Under the pieces are notes generated by a model, which saw only the letters and a list, made by a program, of their open reading frames with translations, did not search any database and had not been told where the DNA came from. The translations under genes were made by a program, and so were the position numbers. A DNA stretch of 29,668 bases, taken from IMG/VR virus record IMGVR_UViG_3300035527_000232, positions 1 through 29,668 of that record. One strand, written 5' to 3'. This DNA comes from a virus. Its lineage: Duplodnaviria > Caudoviricetes. Shown one piece after another: positions 9,015-17,406 of the stretch (the first letter of the stretch is position 1; the number at the start of each line of letters is the position of its first letter).

Positions 9015-9060
9015 AATAACAACCAAGTTGAGCGGTTTATCCGCCCCAACTTGTGATTAT
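9015..9060 (-). repeat. attC-like site, copy 2 (partly degenerate)
   Basis: Minus strand reads ATAAT-CACA-AGTTGGGGCGG-ATAAA-CCGCTCAACT-TGGTT-GTTATT: a direct repeat of copy 1 with TAAC changed to TAAT. Confidence 0.6.
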
Positions 9061-9073
9061 GGGGAGTAATAAA

Positions 9074-9355
9074 GTGAAGTTGCCAGTTAATTATGATGAA
9101 TTGCCTATCTCTGATAGAAAGAAAGTCAGAGAGGCTTATATTAAAAAACAAGGTGGGTTGTGTTATTTTTGTAAACAATCTTTAAAAGAAGAGCCTTCTG
9201 AAAAGATAAAAAACATTCCAATACATAAATGGTTGTTTCCGGAAGGATTTTTTAATTACCCAGTGCATTTACACCATAGCCATGATACTGGTATGACTAT
9301 TGGTTCAGTACATTGTTATTGTAATGCTATATTATGGCAATATTATGGAGAATAA
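9074..9355 (+). CDS. Small endonuclease VII-like (His-Me finger) protein
   Basis: QGGLCYFC...HLHHSHDTG..IGSVHCYCN resembles the EndoVII pattern. GTG 9074 follows SD GGGGAG; the ORF track starts at 9053. Confidence 0.7.
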   Translation: MKLPVNYDELPISDRKKVREAYIKKQGGLCYFCKQSLKEEPSEKIKNIPIHKWLFPEGFFNYPVHLHHSHDTGMTIGSVHCYCNAILWQYYGE

Positions 9356-9357
9356 TT

Positions 9358-9960
9358 ATGGAAGTAAAAGTTAGAGAAGAGCATGGAATTCAAATGGCTT
9401 TGTATGGTTTATCACTATCGTTTAAAGACAGAGCAATTCCTTTTGACGATTGGTTAACCAAAGAAAGATTCAATAACTTATATTATGGACTAGCCGGGAA
9501 GATGTTTAAGAAGGATGGCGGACACAATAAATTTCTTGAATCTCTTGTGGTATGGATTGATTTGGAGGCGCCACGTGGTTTTTGGCAGGAGTTTGATACA
9601 TATAGGGTAGGTACAACTAAACAGTCAGAGTCTACTATGCATACCATACAATATAGACCAGTAACGATGGAGGATTTTGAGGAAGGTACAGATTCTATAA
9701 TGGTAGATAGATATAATGAGATTTTAAAAGAGGTAACAAACGGTTTTGAGAGTAAAAAAATCCTTAGGGATGAGGAATTAGAGATAGCAAAAAATAATTT
9801 ACCAGAAGGTTATCTTCAGCGAAGAGTTGTATGTTTAAATTATAAGGTGTTAAGAAATATGTTCATGCAACGACATACACACAGACTTAAATATTGGAAA
9901 TTCTTCATCTCTGAAGTTATTAAACAAGTTAAACATCCACAATTTTTGGAGATTAAATAA
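9358..9960 (+). CDS. Divergent ThyX (flavin-dependent thymidylate synthase) fold protein
   Basis: GHNKFLE, APRGFWQEFDTYR-x7-STMH, LPEGYLQ, NYKVLRNMFMQR align with the ThyX layout, but the RHR..S.RY signature is altered. ATG 9358 follows GGAG. Confidence 0.7.
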   Translation: MEVKVREEHGIQMALYGLSLSFKDRAIPFDDWLTKERFNNLYYGLAGKMFKKDGGHNKFLESLVVWIDLEAPRGFWQEFDTYRVGTTKQSESTMHTIQYRPVTMEDFEEGTDSIMVDRYNEILKEVTNGFESKKILRDEELEIAKNNLPEGYLQRRVVCLNYKVLRNMFMQRHTHRLKYWKFFISEVIKQVKHPQFLEIK

Positions 9961-9962
9961 TA

Positions 9963-10109
9963 ATGAAAACTACTAGTTTATATAAAAATGAATGTGATTG
10001 TGGTGGAAAAATTATTTGGAAGTCTTCTAAAAGAGGTAAACTTATAGGTCACTGTGATAAATGTAAATCATGGATATTTAAAAGGAAGAATATAAACAAT
10101 GGAAATTAA
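9963..10109 (+). CDS. Zinc-ribbon microprotein (48 aa; not in ORF track)
   Basis: MKTTSLYKNECDCGGKIIWKSSKRGKLIGHCDKCKSWIFKRKNINNGN, with CxC and CxxC; basic. Confidence 0.6.
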   Translation: MKTTSLYKNECDCGGKIIWKSSKRGKLIGHCDKCKSWIFKRKNINNGN

Positions 10110-11214
10110 AGGAATAAGATATACAGCCCCATTTCTTGACCAATCAGGTTATGGAAAAGCTGCAAGAGGAAACATTCTTGCATTACATGAAGCAGGTGTG
10201 CCACTCAATTTAAATCCCATATCATTTGAAAATAATCGACCAAATCTTGGCAAAGATAATGAGACTATAATGGGTCTTATAAATAATGGTGTGGAATATA
10301 ATATTAATTTGATACATTCTACACCAGAGCATTGGCAGAATTACACCGTTAATGGTGTTATAAATATTGGGTACACTATCTGGGAAACAAGTAAGCTTCA
10401 CCCAGCATGGTCTAAATACATAAATCAAACTGTTGATAAAGTTTTGGTAGGTTGTGAATGGAATAAAGAGGTCTTTGAAAATAGTGGGGTGGTTAAGCCT
10501 ATTGGTGTAGTACCCCATGGGATATCTGGTGATAGTTTTAATAATGTGACCCCATATAATATTGAGGGTGTAGATAATAAATTTATGTTTTATAGTATTT
10601 TTCAATGGCAAGAAAGGAAAAATCCAAAAGATCTTATAAAGGCTTATTGGCATGCATTCACTGGTAATGAGGATGTGGTACTTGTACTTAAAACTTATAG
10701 ATTTGGTTACAGTGATGATGAAAAGAAGGTAGTGAGGGATGAGATTATAAACTTAAAGAAACTTACTCCTATGTCACATTATCCAAAGATTATTTTAATT
10801 TCAGATATGCTTACTGAAGACGAAATGCTTGGCCTTCATGCAAGAGGAGATTGTTATGTTTCACTTGATCGTGGAGAGGGGTTTGGCCTATGCTCGTTTA
10901 CGGCGGGAGCTTGTGTCAACCCAATCATTGTAACTGGTTGGGGCGGAGCAACAGAGTATGCAAAAGAAGATAATAGTTATCTTGTAGATTATACACTAAC
11001 TCCAGTTTCAGGAATGCCGCAATCTCCTTGGTATAGAGGTGATCAAGTTTGGGCACAACCTGATGTTATGGATGCTGTTGATCATATGAAGTTTGTTTAT
11101 TTTAATAGGGAAGTTGCAAAAGATAAAGGTAACAGGTTAAGAAAGTTTATTAATGAAAATTTTTCTTGGGAAGTTATAGGCCAAAAAATAATTAAAGAGA
11201 TGGAGGATATTTAA
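10099..11214 (+). CDS. Glycosyltransferase, GT-B fold (GT4-like)
   Basis: SGYG, YTIWET, VVPHG, FQWQERKN, RGEGFGL, TGWGGATEY. Confidence 0.9.
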   Translation: MEIKGIRYTAPFLDQSGYGKAARGNILALHEAGVPLNLNPISFENNRPNLGKDNETIMGLINNGVEYNINLIHSTPEHWQNYTVNGVINIGYTIWETSKLHPAWSKYINQTVDKVLVGCEWNKEVFENSGVVKPIGVVPHGISGDSFNNVTPYNIEGVDNKFMFYSIFQWQERKNPKDLIKAYWHAFTGNEDVVLVLKTYRFGYSDDEKKVVRDEIINLKKLTPMSHYPKIILISDMLTEDEMLGLHARGDCYVSLDRGEGFGLCSFTAGACVNPIIVTGWGGATEYAKEDNSYLVDYTLTPVSGMPQSPWYRGDQVWAQPDVMDAVDHMKFVYFNREVAKDKGNRLRKFINENFSWEVIGQKIIKEMEDI

Positions 11215-11222
11215 GAAATACA

Positions 11223-11441
11223 ATGAGTTTAGAATATGAAAAATCTGTGTATTCTTTTGATGTTGACTTAAAGTATATACAAAATAAAGAATGGTATACG
11301 ATCTCAAGTGGTTTAGAGAGAGTACTACTTGATATAGATAATAAAGGATTCACAATAAGTGATTTAATTAATATAAAAGTAGGGGAAGAAAATGGTAGGT
11401 TTTTTATTAGCTTTTATTTAAGAAATACAAAAGGGGTTTAA
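11223..11441 (+). CDS. Hypothetical protein
   Basis: 72 aa ORF that fills the gap in the operon. Confidence 0.55.
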   Translation: MSLEYEKSVYSFDVDLKYIQNKEWYTISSGLERVLLDIDNKGFTISDLINIKVGEENGRFFISFYLRNTKGV

Positions 11442-11444
11442 AAT

Positions 11445-11933
11445 ATGAAAAAAACTTTGAATGTAGGAGCAGGAGAACGTCAATTTGAATTTTATCCTAC
11501 AAAAAATTATAAATGCATCAATTTTGATGCAAGAGATGTAGATGGCATTGACATTACAGGTGATGCTACAGATCTCCCTTTTGATAATGAAGAATTTGAA
11601 TATATTTTGGCAAGTGATATTATAGAGCATTTTCCAATCTCTAAAACTGTCTCAGTTCTTAAAGAATGGATGCGTGTTCTTAAATCTGGTGGCATCATTG
11701 AATTTAGACTTCCCAATTTAAAAGCTATTGCTAATGCTTATTTAACAGGAGTAAGGGATTGTAAAACAACTTCATGGCTTCTTTATGGCGGCCAGGAATA
11801 TGAAGGCAACTTTCACTATGTTGGATTTGATCGTCAATTTTTTAAAGCTACATGTGCTAAAGTTGGACTTATGGAAATTACCTATACTGAAGACGGATTT
11901 AATATGATTGTGAGGATGAGAAAGAATGGGTGA
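11445..11933 (+). CDS. Class I SAM-dependent methyltransferase (Methyltransf_11-like)
   Basis: LNVGAG, GDATDLPF, IIEHF, EWMRVLKSGG. Confidence 0.85.
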   Translation: MKKTLNVGAGERQFEFYPTKNYKCINFDARDVDGIDITGDATDLPFDNEEFEYILASDIIEHFPISKTVSVLKEWMRVLKSGGIIEFRLPNLKAIANAYLTGVRDCKTTSWLLYGGQEYEGNFHYVGFDRQFFKATCAKVGLMEITYTEDGFNMIVRMRKNG

Positions 11934-12582
11934 TATAAAATTAGTACATGCCATATTTGTTAAAGATGAATCTCACTGCATAGATCGTATGTTAGACACA
12001 GTGCTACCTTATGTAGATGCTAGTTATATTATGATTGATGATAGAACTACAGATAACACAAAGGAATTAGCTGAATCTAGGGGATGTATAACTAAAGAAT
12101 TTACCTTTAATAACTTCTCTAAAACCAAAAATACTCTTTTAGATTGGGTTAACCCTGTAGCTGATTGGGTGATTGGTATTGCTCCTGATGAGACTATTGA
12201 TTCTAAATTAGGAGAAGCGTTTAAGACTTTAGCTCAAAAAGCACAAAACACTGATGTTGATGCTTTTTATTTTCCAAGACGTCATTGGTTAGATTTAGAA
12301 AAAGAAAGGGAGTATACTGAAAAGAATTGGTATCCAGATTGGCAGTGCCGTTTAATAAGGGCAGACTTTCCTCGTATACATATGATTAGATATGTACATG
12401 AGGTAATTAAAGGATTTAGACGGGTTATGCATGTTAAAGGTCAAGATATACATCACTTTAATTTATATTGGAAGGATAAGATTGATTATGATTGGGATAC
12501 CATGTTAAGATTTTATGAGGAATTAAAAGCATTAGAAATAAAAGAGTCTGGCAAAAATATTTGGCCAGATAAAGGAGAATAA
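11926..12582 (+). CDS. Glycosyltransferase, GT-A fold (GT2-like)
   Basis: IFVKDE, IDDRTTDNT, NFSKTKN, APDE (DxD variant), WYPDWQCRL, VHE. Confidence 0.85.
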   Translation: MGDIKLVHAIFVKDESHCIDRMLDTVLPYVDASYIMIDDRTTDNTKELAESRGCITKEFTFNNFSKTKNTLLDWVNPVADWVIGIAPDETIDSKLGEAFKTLAQKAQNTDVDAFYFPRRHWLDLEKEREYTEKNWYPDWQCRLIRADFPRIHMIRYVHEVIKGFRRVMHVKGQDIHHFNLYWKDKIDYDWDTMLRFYEELKALEIKESGKNIWPDKGE

Positions 12583-12583
12583 G

Positions 12584-13591
12584 ATGAAAGTAGCTATTTT
12601 AGGAGCAGGTTATTGGGGCAAAAATTTAATTAGAACCTTCAACAATATTGGTGCATTGTCAGCGGTATTTGATACCAATGAAGATACTTTAGAAAGATTT
12701 AAGAATGATTCTATGTACAGGGATGTAGAGTTTAACACTGATTATAAATACTGTTTAGATAGGTGGGATATAAATGGTATTGTAGTTGCCACACCACCTG
12801 AAACTCATTATGAAATTGTTAAAAACTGTTTGAATAAGGATAAGCATGTGTTTGTAGAAAAACCTATGACACTTGAACCTAAAGAATCAGAAGAATTGGT
12901 AGAATTGGCAAAAGAAAAGAAAAAAGTTTTAATGGTGGGTCATATTTTTTTATATAGTCCTGAAATTGTTAAGCTTAAAGAGATTATTAATAAGGAAGAC
13001 TTTGGAGACACACGTTATATTTATACTCAACGATTAAATCTTGGTAAAATACAAGACTGTGGTGTAATTTGGGATCTAGCCCCTCATGACGTATCCATTA
13101 TAGATTATTTATTAGATGACGTTTGTGAAGGAGTAAAAACTACTGCTGATAATCATGTATTGGAGAATACAGAAGATGTAGCTTTTATAGCTATGCGCTA
13201 TAAGAAGGGTACACTTGTACACTTACATTTAAGTTGGTTAGATCCACTTAAAGTTAGAAGCACTGTTGTTGTTGGAACTAAACAAATGGTGGTTTGTGAC
13301 TCTGGCACAAAGAAAATAACAATTTATAATAATTCAGTTGATATGGGAGAAAGAAGTGAAATATCAAATAGATCATATGCTGATCACTTGCTCAGTTATA
13401 AGTACGGAGATGTGGTGTGCCCTTATATTCATAATGCTGAACCTATGAGTTTAGAGGCTGAAGAATTTATCAATTGTATGGAAAACAATAAAGTTCCTAT
13501 AGCTAGTGGTGAACTTGGATGTGATGTTGTAAAAACCGTTAATGCTATGCGAGAGTCAATTACTGCTGGTGGATGGGTAGAAGTGGGATGA
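12584..13591 (+). CDS. Gfo/Idh/MocA NAD-dependent oxidoreductase (WlbA/WbpB/GnnA-like NDP-sugar C3 dehydrogenase)
   Basis: GAGYWG Rossmann motif, VATPPETH, HVFVEKP, VGH, DLAPHD, SWLDP.K.R. Confidence 0.9.
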   Translation: MKVAILGAGYWGKNLIRTFNNIGALSAVFDTNEDTLERFKNDSMYRDVEFNTDYKYCLDRWDINGIVVATPPETHYEIVKNCLNKDKHVFVEKPMTLEPKESEELVELAKEKKKVLMVGHIFLYSPEIVKLKEIINKEDFGDTRYIYTQRLNLGKIQDCGVIWDLAPHDVSIIDYLLDDVCEGVKTTADNHVLENTEDVAFIAMRYKKGTLVHLHLSWLDPLKVRSTVVVGTKQMVVCDSGTKKITIYNNSVDMGERSEISNRSYADHLLSYKYGDVVCPYIHNAEPMSLEAEEFINCMENNKVPIASGELGCDVVKTVNAMRESITAGGWVEVG

Positions 13592-14481
13592 AGGTAGGTA
13601 TCATTGTTGTGTCATTTAACCATTTTTTATTTACAAAGGCTTGTATAAATTCAATATTAGCTTATACTGATTCTAATTCATACAAGTTATGTCTTGTGGA
13701 TAATGGTAGTACAGATGAGACTAAAATTTGGGCAAGAAGCCTTTTATCAGATAAGGTACTTGACAGATTTATAGATAATGATTATAATATGGGGGCTTGT
13801 AAAGCTTCAAATCAAGGTGTTAGTTGGGCTCTTAATGAGCCCGACCTGACCCATATTATGGTTATGGCTAATGATCACATTGTAACTGAAGATTGGTTAC
13901 CTCCTTTATTACTTTCTGAATTTGATTGTACTAATCCCTTTGTCTTTCATAGTGTGTCTGAAATAAGAGCGCTTTATCCTAAAATAGGTCCGATTGTAGA
14001 GAAATATAAACCATTAAGACTTAAATATCTCCAAGAAGATAATGTTGATAATATGATTCATGTTATAAAACAAACATATGGTGATTTAAACAAGTTTGTT
14101 GATGCTTATAAAGCAGATAATATCAGTGATCCTTATATACCCACGGAAAGAACTTTTTGGCCAGGTCTTATTATTTATAAAAAGAAAGTAATAGAAAAGG
14201 TAGGATTAAAAGACGAAGAATATTTAAAATACGATCTTGCTTCATATGCTGACATAGATTATTATTTGAGAGTACATCTGGCAGGGTTTAGTTCAGGTAT
14301 GGCCATGTTATCTTATGTTCATCATTGGGGATCTATTACCACTAGAAAATTAGGTTTGAAACAAGACAAAGGATCAGCGGGTTATGTTAATAATGAGCTT
14401 GGAGCTTATAGGTATTTTATAAAAAAATGGGGTGTTGATCCTCATAATTTAACACCCTTACTAAAAAAAGGAGAACAATAA
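13588..14481 (+). CDS. Glycosyltransferase, GT-A fold (GT2)
   Basis: IIVVSFN, LVDNGSTD, G..KASNQG, MANDH, DIDY..R, VHHWGS. ATG 13588 is ATGA-coupled to the previous stop. Confidence 0.9.
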   Translation: MKVGIIVVSFNHFLFTKACINSILAYTDSNSYKLCLVDNGSTDETKIWARSLLSDKVLDRFIDNDYNMGACKASNQGVSWALNEPDLTHIMVMANDHIVTEDWLPPLLLSEFDCTNPFVFHSVSEIRALYPKIGPIVEKYKPLRLKYLQEDNVDNMIHVIKQTYGDLNKFVDAYKADNISDPYIPTERTFWPGLIIYKKKVIEKVGLKDEEYLKYDLASYADIDYYLRVHLAGFSSGMAMLSYVHHWGSITTRKLGLKQDKGSAGYVNNELGAYRYFIKKWGVDPHNLTPLLKKGEQ

Positions 14482-14483
14482 AA

Positions 14484-15641
14484 ATGCAAAATAAGCCATT
14501 TGTGGACCCCAAAAAACAAAGAGTTACTATATCTTTGGGAATACCAATGTATAATGAACTTATAAAAGGGAATTTATACGAGGCATTAGATAATGCATTA
14601 GAAGTTGGATTTGATGACATTGTGATTTTGGATGATGGAAGTACTGATGATTCTTGGGCAGTTTTACAGGATTATGCCCAAAAATATCCTCATATAAGAA
14701 TTTTTAGAAATGAAAATAATAGTGTTATATCTAGAGGAGGCAATAGGTGGAAATTTGTTGTGGAAAAAATTGCCGAAAAGAGTCCTGACTGGGTGGTAGT
14801 AAAATCAGCTGACCAAATTTACTCACATAAAGCCACCATCATTGGCGGAGATTGTTTCAGAAAAAGGTTAACTGATTTCTATCATAAAGGTATTGAATTG
14901 GTTAAGCTTCCTTTGGCTCATTTATGGAGATCAAGAACTTGGTATAGAGCTGACAATGTTTGGGGAAGGGATATAGCTACTCATTCTAAAGCCCCGATCT
15001 GGAGGTTTAGTGCTGGTTTTAATTATTCTAAACGAGAGAAAACTGGTGCTCATGTAGGTTGGCATCAACCTACTTATTTTGGTTATGGTAAAGGTAGAAG
15101 GCTTAAAGCCGCCAATATTAATTTTGGGGAAGATAAAACTAGTTGGGATATTGTTATTTTACATTTAGGGCATACAACCCATAATAAAAAAGTACATAAG
15201 TTTAAGTGGAGTATGGAGGCTGCTAGAGCTAATACTGACACAGGCAGAAGTATTCTAATGCCCCCGCCCGAAAATATGCCCAAAGTCAGTAGTTGGATAA
15301 GATATAATGGTTATAAAGGGTTTTTTGAATTCAATATGGTTTTAAAAAAAGCGCCATTAATATGGTTTGCTGATGACACTCCAGTAGAACCTAAACCTAT
15401 TCCTGAATCTATGTATAGCACTATACTTGAATACAACAAGAAAAGGGCGGAAGAGTATCTTAAAATTTATAATAAAGCCTATAAAAATGTAAAAAAACCT
15501 AGAAGCAATGTAAAAAAATCCAAAAGTAATGTTAAAATGGCCAGACGAGATGCAGCAAAAATGAGGTATAAGGTTGAAGAAGAAAGTTTTAATGATCAAA
15601 AAGCAAGATTGAATAAAGAAAGGGAGGGGGAAATATCATAA
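14484..15641 (+). CDS. GT2-like glycosyltransferase with a basic C-terminal extension
   Basis: IPMYNE, VILDDGSTD, ILHLG; Lys/Arg-rich tail. Confidence 0.8.
   Translation: MQNKPFVDPKKQRVTISLGIPMYNELIKGNLYEALDNALEVGFDDIVILDDGSTDDSWAVLQDYAQKYPHIRIFRNENNSVISRGGNRWKFVVEKIAEKSPDWVVVKSADQIYSHKATIIGGDCFRKRLTDFYHKGIELVKLPLAHLWRSRTWYRADNVWGRDIATHSKAPIWRFSAGFNYSKREKTGAHVGWHQPTYFGYGKGRRLKAANINFGEDKTSWDIVILHLGHTTHNKKVHKFKWSMEAARANTDTGRSILMPPPENMPKVSSWIRYNGYKGFFEFNMVLKKAPLIWFADDTPVEPKPIPESMYSTILEYNKKRAEEYLKIYNKAYKNVKKPRSNVKKSKSNVKMARRDAAKMRYKVEEESFNDQKARLNKEREGEIS
15486..15540 (+). repeat. ~2.5 copies of an imperfect 21-bp coding tandem repeat
   Basis: aatgtaaaaaaacctagaagc / aatgtaaaaaaatccaaaagt / aatgttaaaatgg, encoding NVKKPRS NVKKSKS NVKM. 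Confidence 0.7.
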
Positions 15642-16291
15642 TGAAAGAATTCAATAATTTTAGTGAAGTTATATTTGGTAACAATATAACTACATTTCCA
15701 GGTGCAGTTATAGGCCGTCCACCAATGGCACCAAAAGGATTAACAGAAATTGATTATAATAAATTAGAATTGAAGCCTGTTTTGATTGGAGACAATACTA
15801 TTATTGGGGCCAATGTTGTTATATATAGTAATGTAAAGATAGGAAAAAATTGCTTAATAGGAGATGGTGTACATATAAGAGAGGATGTTACTATAGGAGA
15901 TAATTGTATAGTTGGTATAAACACTAAAGTTGGAGCTAGAACAAGAATAGGTAATTACACGAGAGTTATGGACTTGACAAATGTGGCAAGTGATGCTATA
16001 TTAGGTAAGCATGTTTTTATTGGTCCAGGGGTGATTATGGGGAATGATAATTCTATGGGAAGAGATAAAACCAAAGGCGGTTTTGATTATACAGGGCCTA
16101 TTATTGATGATTATGTTACTGTTGGTATGAATTCAAGCCTTTTACCTAGTGTTAGAATTGGCAAGGACTCTATAGTGGCTGCAGGTTCAGTAGTTACTAG
16201 GGATATACCTCCTGGTGTGCTTGTTATGGGGGCACCAGCTAAAGTTAAAAGATATTTAAGAAATGAGGAAATTAGGGTTAAGGGTATTTAA
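15641..16291 (+). CDS. Hexapeptide-repeat (left-handed beta-helix) N-acyltransferase, WlbB/WbpD-like
   Basis: Repeated IGxNxx hexapeptides, VFIGPGV, AAGSVVTRD, GAPAK. Confidence 0.9.
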   Translation: MKEFNNFSEVIFGNNITTFPGAVIGRPPMAPKGLTEIDYNKLELKPVLIGDNTIIGANVVIYSNVKIGKNCLIGDGVHIREDVTIGDNCIVGINTKVGARTRIGNYTRVMDLTNVASDAILGKHVFIGPGVIMGNDNSMGRDKTKGGFDYTGPIIDDYVTVGMNSSLLPSVRIGKDSIVAAGSVVTRDIPPGVLVMGAPAKVKRYLRNEEIRVKGI

Positions 16292-16319
16292 TATGATAAA
16301 TTATCTTTGGGGGTATAAC

Positions 16320-17396
16320 ATGGAGAGAATAAACGGGGTTTCCCTTTTTGCTAATGTGGGTATTGGAGAAACTTATTTACATGACGAAGGAATTAATATA
16401 AAAGTTGCTAATGAACTATTAGAGGATCGATGCATTTTTTATAAATACTTGTATCCTAGAACTGAGATTGTTTGTGGGGATATTAAAGATAAACCTGTTT
16501 ATAGAAATATTGTAAATTTGGCAAAAAAACATAAATGTGAATTTCTTATGGCAACTCCGCCATGTCAAGGAATGAGTTCGGCGGGCGCAAAAGATCCTTT
16601 AGACAAAAGAAATCTTTTGATAAAGTATGTTGTGGAATTTATAAAAGAAGTAAGACCTAAATATATTATCATAGAAAATGTTCAGGCTATGCTTAATACT
16701 TTTGTGGAAATTGATGGTCGCTTTTTTACTATACAAGATTATTTGTTTAGTAGTTTGGGGCCGCTTAGATATCATATACAAGTTAAGGTACTTGATGCTG
16801 CTGATTATGGAACCCCACAGCACAGACGAAGAGCTATATTTTTAATATCTAGTGAAGGTTGGTGGCCTTTTCCAGAAAAGGAAAATAGAATAACTTTGGA
16901 GACAGCTATTGGGCATTTACCTTCTTTAGAGAGTGGGGGAAGTTCTGATATAAAGTTTCATAAAGCAAAGAATCATAATGAAAGACATATTGAATGCATG
17001 AGATATACCCCTACTGGTAAGTCTGCTTTCGACAATGAATTTTATTACCCAAAAAGAAAGGATAATGTTAAGGTTAAGGGTTATGGAACTACTTATAAAA
17101 GGATGAGTTGGGATGAGCCTGCACCTACAGTAACTATGGGAAATGGAGCTATATCTTCACAAAATAATGTACATCCAGGAAGAAGGCTTGAAGAAGTTGA
17201 TGATAAAGGTAATAAAATCATTTTTTATTCAGATGCTAGGGTTCTTACATTAAAGGAGCTTTTTATTGTAACAGGCCTTCCTGATGATTGGGAACCTTAT
17301 CCAGAAGCCAATGAAAATTTAGTAAGGAAGGTTATAGGTGAATGTTTTTTGCCACAACTTGTTAAACGATTAGTTAGAAATATGCCTAAAAGGTAA
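16320..17396 (+). CDS. DNA (cytosine-C5) methyltransferase, resembling the M.HgaI group
   Basis: SLFANVGIGE, PPCQG, IENV, YGTPQHRRR. TPTGKSAF and SSQNNVHPGR recall HgaI-type MTases (from memory, not searched). Likely start ATG 16320; the ORF track starts at 16263. Confidence 0.92.
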   Translation: MERINGVSLFANVGIGETYLHDEGINIKVANELLEDRCIFYKYLYPRTEIVCGDIKDKPVYRNIVNLAKKHKCEFLMATPPCQGMSSAGAKDPLDKRNLLIKYVVEFIKEVRPKYIIIENVQAMLNTFVEIDGRFFTIQDYLFSSLGPLRYHIQVKVLDAADYGTPQHRRRAIFLISSEGWWPFPEKENRITLETAIGHLPSLESGGSSDIKFHKAKNHNERHIECMRYTPTGKSAFDNEFYYPKRKDNVKVKGYGTTYKRMSWDEPAPTVTMGNGAISSQNNVHPGRRLEEVDDKGNKIIFYSDARVLTLKELFIVTGLPDDWEPYPEANENLVRKVIGECFLPQLVKRLVRNMPKR

Positions 17397-17406
17397 AGGA
17401 GTTTTT

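Noticed and set aside
8713-9060. The two repeats as a CRISPR array or rho-independent terminators
   Set aside because: Only two copies, with about 255 bp containing a gene between them; no cas operon; no clean U-tract directly after the GC stem.
16320-17396. Assigning GACGC specificity to the MTase
   Set aside because: The resemblance to HgaI-type enzymes is from recalled motifs only, and GACGC sites are present in the window; specificity cannot be determined here.
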